Shown here piece after piece: positions 1-9,913 of a stretch of DNA of 64,000 bases. This DNA is from Bacteroidota bacterium (GTDB lineage: Bacteria; Bacteroidota; Ignavibacteria; UBA10030; SZUA-254), in assembly GCA_035495255.1 (NCBI GenBank), contig DATJGD010000039.1, positions 54,677 to 118,676 of the forward strand. Direction: 5' to 3'. Made by a program: the position numbers and the translations under genes. How positions within the stretch are numbered: position 1 is the stretch's first letter; every line of letters starts with the position of its first letter. The notes under the pieces are model-generated. The model saw nothing but the letters and a program-made list of their open reading frames with translations, was not told where the DNA came from and ran no database searches.

Positions 1-1
1 A

Positions 2-121
2 TACCAGGAGATCGCCGAGACGTTCAGTGTCGATACGACGCCCGGTGTGTTCGAAAAACTCATCGCCATCGATCCTTCGCATCAGCACGATTACGAGGTG
101 GCGAGGGACAGAAGGAAGTAA
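2..121 (+). CDS. C-terminal fragment of an upstream gene (hypothetical); open from the window edge to TAA at 119-121
   Basis: Frame 2 translates without stops from nt 2 (…YQEIAETFSVDTTPGVFEKLIAIDPSHQHDYEVARDRRK*); no start inside the window. Product unknown. Confidence 0.3.
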   Translation, partial: YQEIAETFSVDTTPGVFEKLIAIDPSHQHDYEVARDRRK

Positions 122-349
122 GCTGCAGCATAGCCCAAAAGCGTGCCAAGCGCGTTTTCAATTAGTCCAGCCGTAACCGGGTCGTTTTTACTCGAGCAGA
201 ACAGTTCAAGATTTGCTTACGTCCCTCAAACACGTCTCGAATCACAAACGACGTTAACGTTCGCATTTCGCCTTCTATGAGATCGCAAACCGGGATGGCC
301 TGCCGAAGCCGTACTCGTTCAGGTTCAAAACCGGACAGTGAGGGCTTGC

Positions 350-2434
350 TTAGTCTATGACCTTGATGTCATAGATATGATCGTCGACAAGAATCTTGTC
401 GACGACGTTCATCCCGGATGTCACCTTGCCGATGATCGTGTAACGGCCGTCGAGATGAGGCTGGGGAGACTGGGTGATAAAGAACTGTGATCCTTCGGTA
501 TCTTTGCCGGCGCTCGCGATACCGATGGTACCCGCTTCATATCTTCGCTCGGAAAACTCCGAGCGGAGTGAATATCCCGGCCCGCCGGAACCATCGCCGC
601 GCGGATCACCCCCCTGGATGACAAAGTTCGGCACGACACGGTGAAACGGCAATCCACGGTAGAACCCGCGCTGCGACGCAAGCTTCAGCATGCTCATAAT
701 CGTAAACGGTGCGTCGTCTTTATAGAAATCGCACATGATATCGCCGTGGATGGTTTCAATCTTCACGTGGATGATCGGGGGCAGCGCCTCAAGATACTTG
801 AAATCAAAATCGGTGTACGACGGCTCGTAGCTGTTGAGCATCTGGGTTTTGTACTCATTCCCGGTGATCGCTTTGAGGGCCGCGGCGGCGGCAAGCGCGA
901 CAGAGTAATCAGACGAGCGGACAAGCTGCTGCAAACCGCCGACCGCCCGGACATCTTTGATCTTTCCAAGAGTAGCAGCGATTTCCTGCATCGCTTCAAT
1001 GTCGTCGGGCAGGCGAAGCGTGCTAAGCTTTGCAAGGAGCGGCTCAACGGATCCGGGCCGCGCAAACAGGGAATCACCCAGTATCGATGCGGCGGTGATG
1101 ACCACGGCGACGTCGCTCTCGTCAAGCGCATGAAGCGCCGCATTGTAGGTTGTGCTCACGACCGACGTGTTCCCCGGATTCTTTGTGCTTAAGTCCTGCA
1201 AACCTTCCAGCGCGGATCTCATAAGGGTGGGGTCGTGATCCTGGAGGTAGCCCGACAAGACAGGCGCTGCTTCCGGTGCGCCCGTTGTGCCCAGCGCAAC
1301 AAGCAATTGCGCTTTCAAGAGACGCTGCGGGTAGTCAGCAATGCGGATATGCCGAAACGCGGCCGGGCCCAGAAGTTTCGCAAGGGCGGTCGCGGCCTCC
1401 GCCTGAATCTGCCAGATGGCACCCTCATTTTCGTTCAGTGAGAGGTGCTTCAATGCGGCAAGGACCTCCCTGCGCGCGGGCGTGGAATCATTCAGCTGAA
1501 TTCCCGAATTCCCGATTGAGGTAAGCGCTGTCAGCGCGATGTACCTGTTCCCGGCGCCGAACGACCTCCTGAACATCTTCAGCACCTCTTCCTGGTCATC
1601 GAGTTTGAAATTTGCCAGCGCCTTGAGTGCGTTCACGCGGACCCGCCAGTCACTGTCAAACTCCGCCAGCTTCAGAAGCGGTTCGATTGAACTCTTTTCG
1701 ATCTTTACCTTCCCGAGGAGAGTCGCAACGTTCATGCGTGCGAGCGGGTTCTCATTCCGGTACAACTGGGCGATGTCATCAATTTCCGCGCGCACCTCAG
1801 CCTTGTCGCCGATCCTCATCAATGCATAGACCGCTTCCCATCGTGCGCGGTCCTGAGGCTTGATCTGTTTGATAATATATTCAGTCGCCTCGTGAGCCGT
1901 GACCCCCCGTATCCCAAACCTGGCAATGCTCATGATGAGCGCGCCGGATCGGGGAGCAGCAGATGCGTCGCCAAACCGCGTCACAAGGTCGCGGAGGCCC
2001 GTTTCCGTTCCGAATTTTCCGATTTCTTCGATGAGCCGGTCGGTGGCAGCCGACTTGTCGGCACGCACCCATATGAGATCATGTTCCAGAATCTCCCGGC
2101 TTGGCTTTGAAAGCAAGCCCGCCGTTTGGCCGATCGCGAACGCGGCGGAGAGCTCGATCGCCGGAGTCTCGTTTGCCAATCGTTCAACAAGCAGGGACAT
2201 GACCGAAGTGTCCTGAATGCTTCCATATGCCCGCACCGCCCGTTCACGGACGAGCGGGTCCTTATCGCCCAAAAACTCTATGAGCTTCCCGTCATGAATC
2301 GTCCGCCGATCCTGAAGCTGCATGATATATTCAAGCTTCGCCAGGAGTTCTGCCTTCGTTTTCTTTTCTGCGTCAGTTTGTGCATACAACCAGAGCGGGC
2401 AAAGCAACAGAAGAAGAAGCATGAACGGTTTCAT
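350..2434 (-). CDS. Secreted HEAT-repeat protein fused to a C-terminal cyclophilin-type peptidyl-prolyl cis-trans isomerase
   Basis: Signal peptide MKPFMLLLLLLCPLWLYAQ. About 500 aa of HEAT/PBS-lyase-like repeats. C-terminal cyclophilin domain (…FYRGLPFHRVVPNFVIQGGDPRGDGSGGPGYS…GSQFFIT…). Confidence 0.75.
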   Translation of the reverse strand: MKPFMLLLLLLCPLWLYAQTDAEKKTKAELLAKLEYIMQLQDRRTIHDGKLIEFLGDKDPLVRERAVRAYGSIQDTSVMSLLVERLANETPAIELSAAFAIGQTAGLLSKPSREILEHDLIWVRADKSAATDRLIEEIGKFGTETGLRDLVTRFGDASAAPRSGALIMSIARFGIRGVTAHEATEYIIKQIKPQDRARWEAVYALMRIGDKAEVRAEIDDIAQLYRNENPLARMNVATLLGKVKIEKSSIEPLLKLAEFDSDWRVRVNALKALANFKLDDQEEVLKMFRRSFGAGNRYIALTALTSIGNSGIQLNDSTPARREVLAALKHLSLNENEGAIWQIQAEAATALAKLLGPAAFRHIRIADYPQRLLKAQLLVALGTTGAPEAAPVLSGYLQDHDPTLMRSALEGLQDLSTKNPGNTSVVSTTYNAALHALDESDVAVVITAASILGDSLFARPGSVEPLLAKLSTLRLPDDIEAMQEIAATLGKIKDVRAVGGLQQLVRSSDYSVALAAAAALKAITGNEYKTQMLNSYEPSYTDFDFKYLEALPPIIHVKIETIHGDIMCDFYKDDAPFTIMSMLKLASQRGFYRGLPFHRVVPNFVIQGGDPRGDGSGGPGYSLRSEFSERRYEAGTIGIASAGKDTEGSQFFITQSPQPHLDGRYTIIGKVTSGMNVVDKILVDDHIYDIKVID

Positions 2435-2446
2435 GGTGCCTCCGGA

Positions 2447-3253
2447 TTAGTGGATGTTGATTCCAAATAGATTGCAGGATGCGTTCGTTGTAGCGACGCC
2501 GACTTCTTCGATCGATCTGCCGCTGAGCTCAGAAATTTTTCTCGCGATCAGGGGGATATTCGACGGCTCGTTCCTTTTTCCCCGGTTCGGTACAGGCGTG
2601 AGGTAAGGGCTGTCCGTTTCGAGCATGATATGCTGGATCGGAATCCTCGAGACGACATCGGCCATCGAATTCGGCTTCTGCGGCTTGACGGGAAACGTCA
2701 CCGGCCCCGGTATCGATATATTGAATCCCCAGCCGATGACTTTTTCCGCCATCGCAATATCGCCGGGAAAGCAGTGAAAGACTCCCTTGCGTTTCCCCTG
2801 CCGCCACGATGGTTGCTGCCGGAGCTTTTCTTCGACTATCGCGAGCGTATCTGCCTCAGCCTCCCTGCTATGAATAACGATGGGAAGGTTTCGCCGTTGC
2901 GCGATTTCAATTTGCAGCGCAAAGATTTCCCTCTGTTTCTCCCTGGGAGAATAGTCATAGTGGTAATCGAGCCCGATTTCTCCGATGCCGACAACTTTTG
3001 GGTGTTCGCTCAACCGTTCTATCTCGTTTAATGAAACCGAATCGGCCTTTGCCGCGTCGTGCGGATGGAATCCCACACACGCGTACATCATTTCAAATTG
3101 TTCGGCGAGAGAGATCGATTCGCGGCTTGTCGCCAGATCGGTTCCCGGGTTGACAATGAACTGCACTCCGGCATCGGCCGCCCGTTTGACGACATCGCCC
3201 AAATCGCTCTCGTAGTCTTTGAAAAACAGATGAGCGTGAGAATCGACGAACAT
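2447..3253 (-). CDS. tatD: TatD-family metal-dependent hydrolase (DNase)
   Basis: MFVDSHAHLFFKDYESDL N-terminus and HxH…GEIGLD…H…D TatD motifs; 268 aa. Confidence 0.85.
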   Translation of the reverse strand: MFVDSHAHLFFKDYESDLGDVVKRAADAGVQFIVNPGTDLATSRESISLAEQFEMMYACVGFHPHDAAKADSVSLNEIERLSEHPKVVGIGEIGLDYHYDYSPREKQREIFALQIEIAQRRNLPIVIHSREAEADTLAIVEEKLRQQPSWRQGKRKGVFHCFPGDIAMAEKVIGWGFNISIPGPVTFPVKPQKPNSMADVVSRIPIQHIMLETDSPYLTPVPNRGKRNEPSNIPLIARKISELSGRSIEEVGVATTNASCNLFGINIH

Positions 3254-3259
3254 CGAAGG

Positions 3260-4417
3260 TTATTTCAGGATTGTGCGGATTTTCTCAGCGATATACACGA
3301 CATCGGCCTCCTCGAGCTGAGGATACATCGGAAGCCGCAGAAGCCGCTGATACATGCCATCTGTTACAGGCAGCTGCAGCCCCTTCGTCCCAAGCGAAGC
3401 TTGAGCATAGGGGGACGAATGCAGGGGAACATAGTGAAACGTCGCGCCGATGCCAAACTCTTTAAGCCTGCTCGTCATCATCACCCGTTCCTGTTCGTCC
3501 TTGAGAAGAATGTAAAAAATGTGGTAGTTCGAGTCGCAATGGGAGGGAATTACCGGCAGGCGAAGCTTTCCGGCGCTTTCAAGATCTTTCAGCTCGCGCA
3601 TATAGAGTTCGTGAACGCGTTTGCGCCGGGATTGAATTTCGTCGAGCCTGTCGAATTGATATTTCAATACTGCGGCGAGGATGTCTGAGAGGATGAAGCT
3701 GCTCCCCTCCTCTACCCACGTATACTTATCGATCTCCCCGCGAAGGAAATTAGCCCGGTTCGTCCCCTTCTCCCTGACAATCTCCGCCTTGCGGGCGAGC
3801 TTCTCGTTATTCGTGACGAAGGCGCCCCCTTCTCCGCAGACGTAGTTTTTTGTATCGTGGAAACTGTAAGAACCGATATCACCGATCGTTCCGAGAAATT
3901 TTCCTTTGTACTTCGCATTGACTCCTTGAGCGGCATCTTCGATGACGGAAAAGTTGTGCCGGCGAGCAAGTTCAGAAATCGCGTCCATCTCGGCAGAAAC
4001 GCCCGCATAATGAACAACGATCACCGCCTTCGTTCGTTTCGTGATTCTGCGTTCCAGATCGTTGGGATCAATTGTCGCAGTCGACCCGTCAATCTCGCAG
4101 AAAACGGGTTTGCCGCCGCTCCGTAAAATAGCGTTGGCAGTCGAGACAAAGGTGAAGCTGGGGGTAATGACCTCGTCTCCATCCTGTAGATTGAGCGTCA
4201 TCGTCGCCATTTCAAGCGCGTGGGTGCACGAGGATGTGAGCAGCGCGTGCTTTATTCCAAAAAACTCCCGAAGCTGTTCTTCGACGGTCTTACACATCGG
4301 GCCGTCCCCGCTGAGTTTACCGCGGTCTATGACCTCGCGGATATAGGGGAATACGTCCTCATCGACGTAGGGCTTATTAAACGGGATATTTACTTTGGGA
4401 GCGGCCTGAGAGATCAT
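3260..4417 (-). CDS. DegT/DnrJ/EryC1/StrS-family PLP-dependent sugar aminotransferase (WecE-like)
   Basis: SFHDTKNYVCGEGG PLP-lysine motif; …ITPSFTFVSTANAI…; 385 aa. Stop overlaps the start region of tatD. Confidence 0.85.
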   Translation of the reverse strand: MISQAAPKVNIPFNKPYVDEDVFPYIREVIDRGKLSGDGPMCKTVEEQLREFFGIKHALLTSSCTHALEMATMTLNLQDGDEVITPSFTFVSTANAILRSGGKPVFCEIDGSTATIDPNDLERRITKRTKAVIVVHYAGVSAEMDAISELARRHNFSVIEDAAQGVNAKYKGKFLGTIGDIGSYSFHDTKNYVCGEGGAFVTNNEKLARKAEIVREKGTNRANFLRGEIDKYTWVEEGSSFILSDILAAVLKYQFDRLDEIQSRRKRVHELYMRELKDLESAGKLRLPVIPSHCDSNYHIFYILLKDEQERVMMTSRLKEFGIGATFHYVPLHSSPYAQASLGTKGLQLPVTDGMYQRLLRLPMYPQLEEADVVYIAEKIRTILK

Positions 4418-5622
4418 GAGGGGGTTGAATAATACTGCACTAATTGATTGATCGTTGTCTCCATATCGTGGTGGCTCTCAACGAATTGTCGCGCTGCGCT
4501 GCCATGGCGTTTTCGGAGCCCGGCATCCTGTGCGTAACACTCTACCTGCTTCGCCAGGGCTTTGCTGTCGCCTACCTCGTATAACAACCCGGTGGCACCG
4601 TCAGACACCTGCTCGAGATTCCCCCCGGCATTTGCCGCGACAACCGGGAGTTGCATCGCCATCGCATCCAGCATGACAAGAGAATAAAGCTCATCGCGGC
4701 TCGGGAACACAAAGACATCCATCGCGGAAAGAGTACCGACAACATCTTCCTGAAAACCGGCCATGAGGATCTTGCCGCTCAACGTTGACTGCTCAATGAA
4801 TGAATTGATTTCCTGCAGATAGGCCACGCACCCGGGCTCGTACGGGGATTCGCCGGTCCTGCTCCGGCTCATTCTGGTCGGCTCCCCAACGATGATATAT
4901 TTCACTTTTGACTGCAACGATGGTTCAAGATACGAAAAACTTCTGGCAAAATCGAGAGCACCTTTTCCCGGATCAATCCGAACCATCGTTCCCACGAGAA
5001 GCTCATCCTCCCGGACGCCGTAGTGTCGACGGAGCGCAGACCGGCGCAAAGAATCCGTCCGGTATCGCTCCAGTCTCCTGCCATACGCCAGGTAATGAAT
5101 TTTTTCTTTCGGAACAGGATAGCGCTCCGGTAAGATCGCGTTCAGCCGGTGGGATGATGTGAAGATCGCATTGACACGGCGGTAGATCCAGCGGTGAAGG
5201 ATGTCATTCTTGCTGAAGACTCCCATATAGACACTGAGAAACAGGCGGCAATGACGGTCGTTCCGGAGAGCCATCGACGGAATCCATATGTCCTTATGAA
5301 AATGAACGTGAACAACTTCGATCTTCCGGCGATTGAGAAGCTCATTGACGAATCGTAATGAGGAGAAGCTTACTTTGGAATAATTCGGAAGATGAATACA
5401 CTCTACCCCCCGTTCGAGAAGAAATGCCTCGACCTTCGAGTGAGGTTTACACACCGCAATGCTCGTGCAGCCGGATTTCTGTAACTCGGAAATCAGCGTT
5501 GAGGCGTACAATTCGAGCCCTCCCCAGGATTCGGAAGTGCAAAAGTGAAGCGCTGTCAAGATTTCTGATGCTCTCTGTTCATTATGCTGAACAAAAATAG
5601 GAAAGGCAGGAGTGAGATGCAA
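4414..5622 (-). CDS. Glycosyltransferase family 4 (GT-B, RfaG-like)
   Basis: C-terminal GT4 signature …VFVFPSRDELYSLVMLDAMAMQLPVVAANAGGNLEQV…; overlaps the aminotransferase gene by 4 nt (operon). Confidence 0.8.
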   Translation of the reverse strand: MHLTPAFPIFVQHNEQRASEILTALHFCTSESWGGLELYASTLISELQKSGCTSIAVCKPHSKVEAFLLERGVECIHLPNYSKVSFSSLRFVNELLNRRKIEVVHVHFHKDIWIPSMALRNDRHCRLFLSVYMGVFSKNDILHRWIYRRVNAIFTSSHRLNAILPERYPVPKEKIHYLAYGRRLERYRTDSLRRSALRRHYGVREDELLVGTMVRIDPGKGALDFARSFSYLEPSLQSKVKYIIVGEPTRMSRSRTGESPYEPGCVAYLQEINSFIEQSTLSGKILMAGFQEDVVGTLSAMDVFVFPSRDELYSLVMLDAMAMQLPVVAANAGGNLEQVSDGATGLLYEVGDSKALAKQVECYAQDAGLRKRHGSAARQFVESHHDMETTINQLVQYYSTPS

Positions 5623-5685
5623 TTGTCCTTTTGGATTAAATTGCTATATTACTTCCGTTTTTTCACGGTCACGTTGGAGAATTAA

Positions 5686-7221
5686 ATGAAGAATCTTCTT
5701 ATCTATTTGATCGTCATCGTCGGAGGAGCTGCGGTCCTGGCAATCGAGCTGCTGGGGACAAGAATCCTTGGCCCGTTCTACGGGGTGAGCATCTTTCTCT
5801 GGTCCGCCCTCATTTCTATAACCCTCATCGCGCTGAGCGCCGGCTACTTTATCGGGGGCAAGCTTGCCGACAGGTCAGCTTCGATCGCCCGCCTCTGCAC
5901 GCTCATCGCGATTGCCGGAGTCTGGATTGACGCAGTCCCCTGGCTGAAATACCCCGTCCTCAGCTCCACCGAACAATTCGGATTGCGATGGGCGGTACTT
6001 CTTGCATCGTTCGTGCTCTTTTTTCCCCCGCTCGCTCTTCTCGGGATGGTAAGTCCGTACGCGATCAAGTTGAAAACGAAGGACCTCAGCGAGGTCGGCC
6101 GTTCAGCGGGAAATCTCTACGCCATTTCGACGCTCGCCAGCGTGATCGCCGCGCTCGCAACCGGATTCTATCTTATTCCCAATTTCGGGATTTTCCGCCT
6201 CACCCTTGCGACCGGAGGCCTGCTTATTCTGACAGCGCTCATCGGTTTTGCGCTCGATCGAAAGATTGCCGCAGCAACAGCGGCGACCCTCCTCATTGCG
6301 GCCTCAAGCTTTTTGTTTATCAACTCGTCGTTTGAACATATCGACCCGGCAAAAGGACTTATCGCGATTGAGCAAAGCCCGTATGCCGAGCTCAGAGTCC
6401 TTGACCAGGAAGATTCCCGATATCTCCTGATCGACGGCGGCATCCATACGATCGTCGATACCGCGACGTGGAAATCATATTACCACTACGCGGCGGTGAT
6501 GGATATTCCAAAATACTTTTTTAATAAGCCGGGAAGCATGCTCCTCATCGGGATCGGCGGAGGTTCGCTCGTGAAGCAGTACGCGAAAGATGACTGGAAG
6601 GTTGATGCCGTTGATATCGACCCAAAGGTGATTACGTTCGCGCGAAAATATTTCAATCTCTTCCCTTCCGAAGGGAATGTTATGGAAATGGATGGAAGGA
6701 AGTATCTATCATCGACGAAGAACTACTACGATGTTATCCTTCTCGATGCGTTTGGAAGCAGCGAGATACCGTTTCACCTTGTCACGAAGGAGGTCTTCAG
6801 CCTTATCGCAACGCGGCTCAACAATGATGGAGTGTTTGCACTTAATGTGGAAGCTATCGGATGGGACGATCCGATCGTGAAGACCCTCATCGCCACGATG
6901 AAGCAGGCATTCACAGACGTCATCGCACTTCCGCAGGAGGAGCCGCCGACGAAGCTCGGAAACATCATCCTGATGGCTTCAAAGAAGAAGCTCGTCCCTT
7001 TGCGGGAACCCGAACGAAACGAGTTACTGGACCCGGAATGGCGCTACAGTCCTGCCTATCAGAAAGTGCATGCCTGGGATAACCGGTTTACGACCGATAC
7101 GACCGGAGTTCAGATACTCACGGACGATCTCAACCCGATCGATATCCGGACTGAGCAGATCAATCTTGCAGCGCGGATGGATTTACACAAGTATTTTCAG
7201 AAGACCGGGGTGAGCTGGTAA
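5686..7221 (+). CDS. Membrane-anchored spermidine/spermine-synthase-family protein (polytopic N-terminal domain + class I methyltransferase-fold aminopropyltransferase-like domain)
   Basis: About 6 N-terminal TM helices, then LLIGIGGGSLVKQYAKD…VDAVDIDPKVITFARKYF…YDVILLDAF (spermidine synthase fold). 511 aa. Confidence 0.7.
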   Translation: MKNLLIYLIVIVGGAAVLAIELLGTRILGPFYGVSIFLWSALISITLIALSAGYFIGGKLADRSASIARLCTLIAIAGVWIDAVPWLKYPVLSSTEQFGLRWAVLLASFVLFFPPLALLGMVSPYAIKLKTKDLSEVGRSAGNLYAISTLASVIAALATGFYLIPNFGIFRLTLATGGLLILTALIGFALDRKIAAATAATLLIAASSFLFINSSFEHIDPAKGLIAIEQSPYAELRVLDQEDSRYLLIDGGIHTIVDTATWKSYYHYAAVMDIPKYFFNKPGSMLLIGIGGGSLVKQYAKDDWKVDAVDIDPKVITFARKYFNLFPSEGNVMEMDGRKYLSSTKNYYDVILLDAFGSSEIPFHLVTKEVFSLIATRLNNDGVFALNVEAIGWDDPIVKTLIATMKQAFTDVIALPQEEPPTKLGNIILMASKKKLVPLREPERNELLDPEWRYSPAYQKVHAWDNRFTTDTTGVQILTDDLNPIDIRTEQINLAARMDLHKYFQKTGVSW

Positions 7222-7227
7222 GAAAAA

Positions 7228-7254
7228 GGCCGGCATTGCTCGTGCGCGCCGGCC
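7228..7254 (-). terminator. GC-rich hairpin between convergent genes; rho-independent terminator for the DUF4097 operon (possibly bidirectional)
   Basis: GGCCGGC-13 nt-GCCGGCC, followed on the minus strand by TTTTTCT; 22 nt downstream of the 7276 stop. Confidence 0.5.
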
Positions 7255-7275
7255 CTGTCTTCGGAATCCTTTCTG

Positions 7276-8145
7276 CTACTTCGCAATCCGGATATAAATA
7301 TCCCCGTTAAAATTCTTGAACATCATTTCAGCCCCGCCGCCATTGATCTTTCCCCTCATGCTTTTCTCCAGTACCACGCGGTACGTTCCCCGTTTGCTTC
7401 GCGGAGACGCTTCTGTTTTTGACGAAGGCTTTTCCATCGTGATATCGAAATCGCTGTAGATCTCTCCCTGATCGTTTTTCATCATGAGATTCGCCTTCGC
7501 ATCCGCCGGGAGAGCGACATCAATGTTCCCGTTCAGCGAGCTGAACGACATTGACTTCGCCGCATCAACTTTGTCGAAGACCACAATGATTTCGCCATTG
7601 ATCGCATCGACGACGGCCGAGCCGGAAACATGGTCGATGGTTACCGGTCCATTGACGTTGCTCGCCTCGACGTCGCCGATGACGTGGTCTACCTTGATTT
7701 TCCCGTCGTTGACAGTGTTGAGTTTCATTGACGCGTGTGCCGGCACCTGGACCGTGACGTCGACATTCCGCGATGTGCCGACTAACCCGGTACTCACGCT
7801 GACAGTATTATTATCCTCTTCGACGCTGAGGCCGGTGCTGGTATTCGGAATCCTGTGCAATCCGCGCTTGCCTTTCGACACGCGGTCACCCTTTTCTTCA
7901 TCATCATCTCTATCCCGCCTGTCTTCGTCGTCGGTCTCCGAACGAAGAGACGCTTCGACGATGACATCCTTGCCTGAAGTCCCCTTGACAATAATGCTGC
8001 CATTGAGAATCCCAACCTTTAGAAAGACGGGCCGCGAGGGATCCGTGAGAGGAATCGTGAGCCGGTCAGGCGTCGACGTCTCCTGCGCGTGAGTGATCGC
8101 CATCAGGCTCAACAGTAATATCGAAATCATCAATAGCGTTTTCAT
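7276..8145 (-). CDS. Secreted DUF4097-family (beta-helical 'putative adhesin', LiaF-C-terminal-like) protein with an acidic insert
   Basis: Signal peptide; repeated …VNGPVTIDHVSGSAVVDAINGEIIV… beta-strand repeats typical of DUF4097; acidic stretch ETDDEDRRDRDDDEEKGDR. Confidence 0.6.
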   Translation of the reverse strand: MKTLLMISILLLSLMAITHAQETSTPDRLTIPLTDPSRPVFLKVGILNGSIIVKGTSGKDVIVEASLRSETDDEDRRDRDDDEEKGDRVSKGKRGLHRIPNTSTGLSVEEDNNTVSVSTGLVGTSRNVDVTVQVPAHASMKLNTVNDGKIKVDHVIGDVEASNVNGPVTIDHVSGSAVVDAINGEIIVVFDKVDAAKSMSFSSLNGNIDVALPADAKANLMMKNDQGEIYSDFDITMEKPSSKTEASPRSKRGTYRVVLEKSMRGKINGGGAEMMFKNFNGDIYIRIAK

Positions 8146-8212
8146 CTTTTTCTCCTTTGGTCATCCAATAATTGTAAGTACACTGCGCTGTATCTGAAGG
8201 GCCTGCCCCTCG

Positions 8213-9067
8213 CTACATTTTCCTTCTGATGTAAATATCTCCGTTCAGGGAATCGAAATACATCTCCGGCCCCCCTTTTGCGACACGCACCGCGTACGTA
8301 TCCGCCGACCGGTAGACCTTCCTGTGCCGCTCGCTGTTGTTGCTCACCGGGGATTTTCGTAGTATCGACTCTACTGAAAAATCAGTATACACCTCGCCGT
8401 TGAACGTCTTCAGGACGAGATCGGCGGAAAGGTCATCCGGAAATTCGGTCTCGACTTTGCCGTTCACGGTCGTGAACGTGCATGGCCCGCCCGGGTTGCG
8501 GACAAATGTGGCAACCACGCTCCCGTTGACGGTCGTCGCTTTCCCGAATCCGGCCATATCCAGGACCTCGACCGGCCCGTTCACGTTGTGTACTTCGAAC
8601 TCGCCCTCAATTCCCTTCACATGCACTTCGCCGTGGTTCACCGTCTTAATTTCCATATCAAGTTTGGAAGGCACCTGAAGTTCAAAATCGAAATCGACGT
8701 CGTACCCGTAATAGTTCCACCCGCGGTATTCGACAGATCCGTCGCGCTCTCTCCAGGGAGCATTGACGTAGAGGAGAAGCCTTCCGGGTTCTTCGGAGAT
8801 ATCGAGTGTCACCGATTCCTCCGCCTGCCGGGCCTTCCGTTCCGACTGCGCATGAATTGTCTTCTTAACAACCACCCTGACCTCATCGCCGGACGTCCCG
8901 ACGATGTTGATAGAGCCGTTCATGTTATCGACGAGAAGAAAACGCTTCCCTTCCGAGGGCTTGAGAATATATGACTTCGTAATGTCGGATGATTTCGAGA
9001 TGTCGGTTGATTGGCCGATACTGAACATACTTATACACGCGAACAATATGGTAGCGACGCTCTTCAT
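8213..9067 (-). CDS. Secreted DUF4097-family protein (paralogue of 7276..8145)
   Basis: Signal peptide; same repeat architecture (…VNHGEVHVKGIEGEFEVHNVNGPVEVLDMAG…VNGKVETEFP…). Confidence 0.6.
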   Translation of the reverse strand: MKSVATILFACISMFSIGQSTDISKSSDITKSYILKPSEGKRFLLVDNMNGSINIVGTSGDEVRVVVKKTIHAQSERKARQAEESVTLDISEEPGRLLLYVNAPWRERDGSVEYRGWNYYGYDVDFDFELQVPSKLDMEIKTVNHGEVHVKGIEGEFEVHNVNGPVEVLDMAGFGKATTVNGSVVATFVRNPGGPCTFTTVNGKVETEFPDDLSADLVLKTFNGEVYTDFSVESILRKSPVSNNSERHRKVYRSADTYAVRVAKGGPEMYFDSLNGDIYIRRKM

Positions 9068-9109
9068 AAACGATCTCCTGTTCTTACAGATTGGTGGTCG
9101 ACAAATTTC

Positions 9110-9913
9110 CTAGCTGGCAGCATTGATGCTTTTCTGAATATGATCTTTGACATTCTTGTTCACCAGCGGATCCCGGAGCATGCGTTTCAACACATCCACG
9201 ACATCCCTGTTGTGCGACTGCAGAAGCATATCCATGATCGCGATCTGAACAAGAGGCGAATTCTGCTTCGGCAGCGCTTTGAGGACCTCATCCTGCACCG
9301 GCTGCTGCTTGATCTGTTCCGTGAGCGCATCGAGCGCGGCGAGGCGTACATTGACGTTGGCGTCATACTTCAGAGTGTGCAGGAGCGCGGTAACAACTTC
9401 AGGATCTGTCGAGCCGAGTCCACTGCCCATGCTCACCCCGCGCAGGCGCTCAGAAGCGGATTGCTGCTGCAGGAGGGAGATCGTCAACAGACGGTTCATG
9501 TCCTTCATCTGCGCCTGAAGCTGAACCAGCTGGCTGCCGTCCGCCTGCTCAGTGTGCAAACGATATCCTATCAACCCCCCTGCTACCAGGAGAAGAACTC
9601 CCAGCCCAAACTGGATCACCGGATTACCAAGAAGGAAACGCTCAAGAAAACCAGGGCGCGATTCCTGCGACCGGGCTGTGCGCTCACCCTGCTCATAGGC
9701 GTCGATCATGCTGTGGACATGCGCACGAAGATGTTCACTGGGATGGTGCTCCGGAAGGGCCCCGAGATCCCCCCAGATTTGCTGCAGCGAAGCAAGCTCC
9801 CGCCTGCAATCGGTGCACCCCGCAAGATGCGCTTCGATGTTGCGTGTTTGATAATCGTCGAGCTCGCCGGAGACATAGGCAAGGAGCTGCTCGGTGACAT
9901 GTTGCGTACTCAT
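9110..9913 (-). CDS. Anti-sigma factor: N-terminal zf-HC2 zinc finger, one TM helix, C-terminal HEAT-like repeats
   Basis: …HLAGCTDCRRELASLQQIW… (H-x3-C-x2-C); TM VIQFGLGVLLLVAGGLIGY; C-terminal …VRLAALDALTEQ…LVQIAIMDMLLQ… HEAT-like. Start overlaps the sigma-factor stop by 4 nt (9910-9913). Confidence 0.7.
   Translation of the reverse strand: MSTQHVTEQLLAYVSGELDDYQTRNIEAHLAGCTDCRRELASLQQIWGDLGALPEHHPSEHLRAHVHSMIDAYEQGERTARSQESRPGFLERFLLGNPVIQFGLGVLLLVAGGLIGYRLHTEQADGSQLVQLQAQMKDMNRLLTISLLQQQSASERLRGVSMGSGLGSTDPEVVTALLHTLKYDANVNVRLAALDALTEQIKQQPVQDEVLKALPKQNSPLVQIAIMDMLLQSHNRDVVDVLKRMLRDPLVNKNVKDHIQKSINAAS

Noticed and set aside
641-1192. ORFs 641..1192 (+) and 1539..2247 (both strands) inside the HEAT/cyclophilin gene
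   Set aside because: Embedded in a gene with a clear cyclophilin domain and HEAT repeats. Their translations are compositionally biased (Arg/Ser/Pro-rich).
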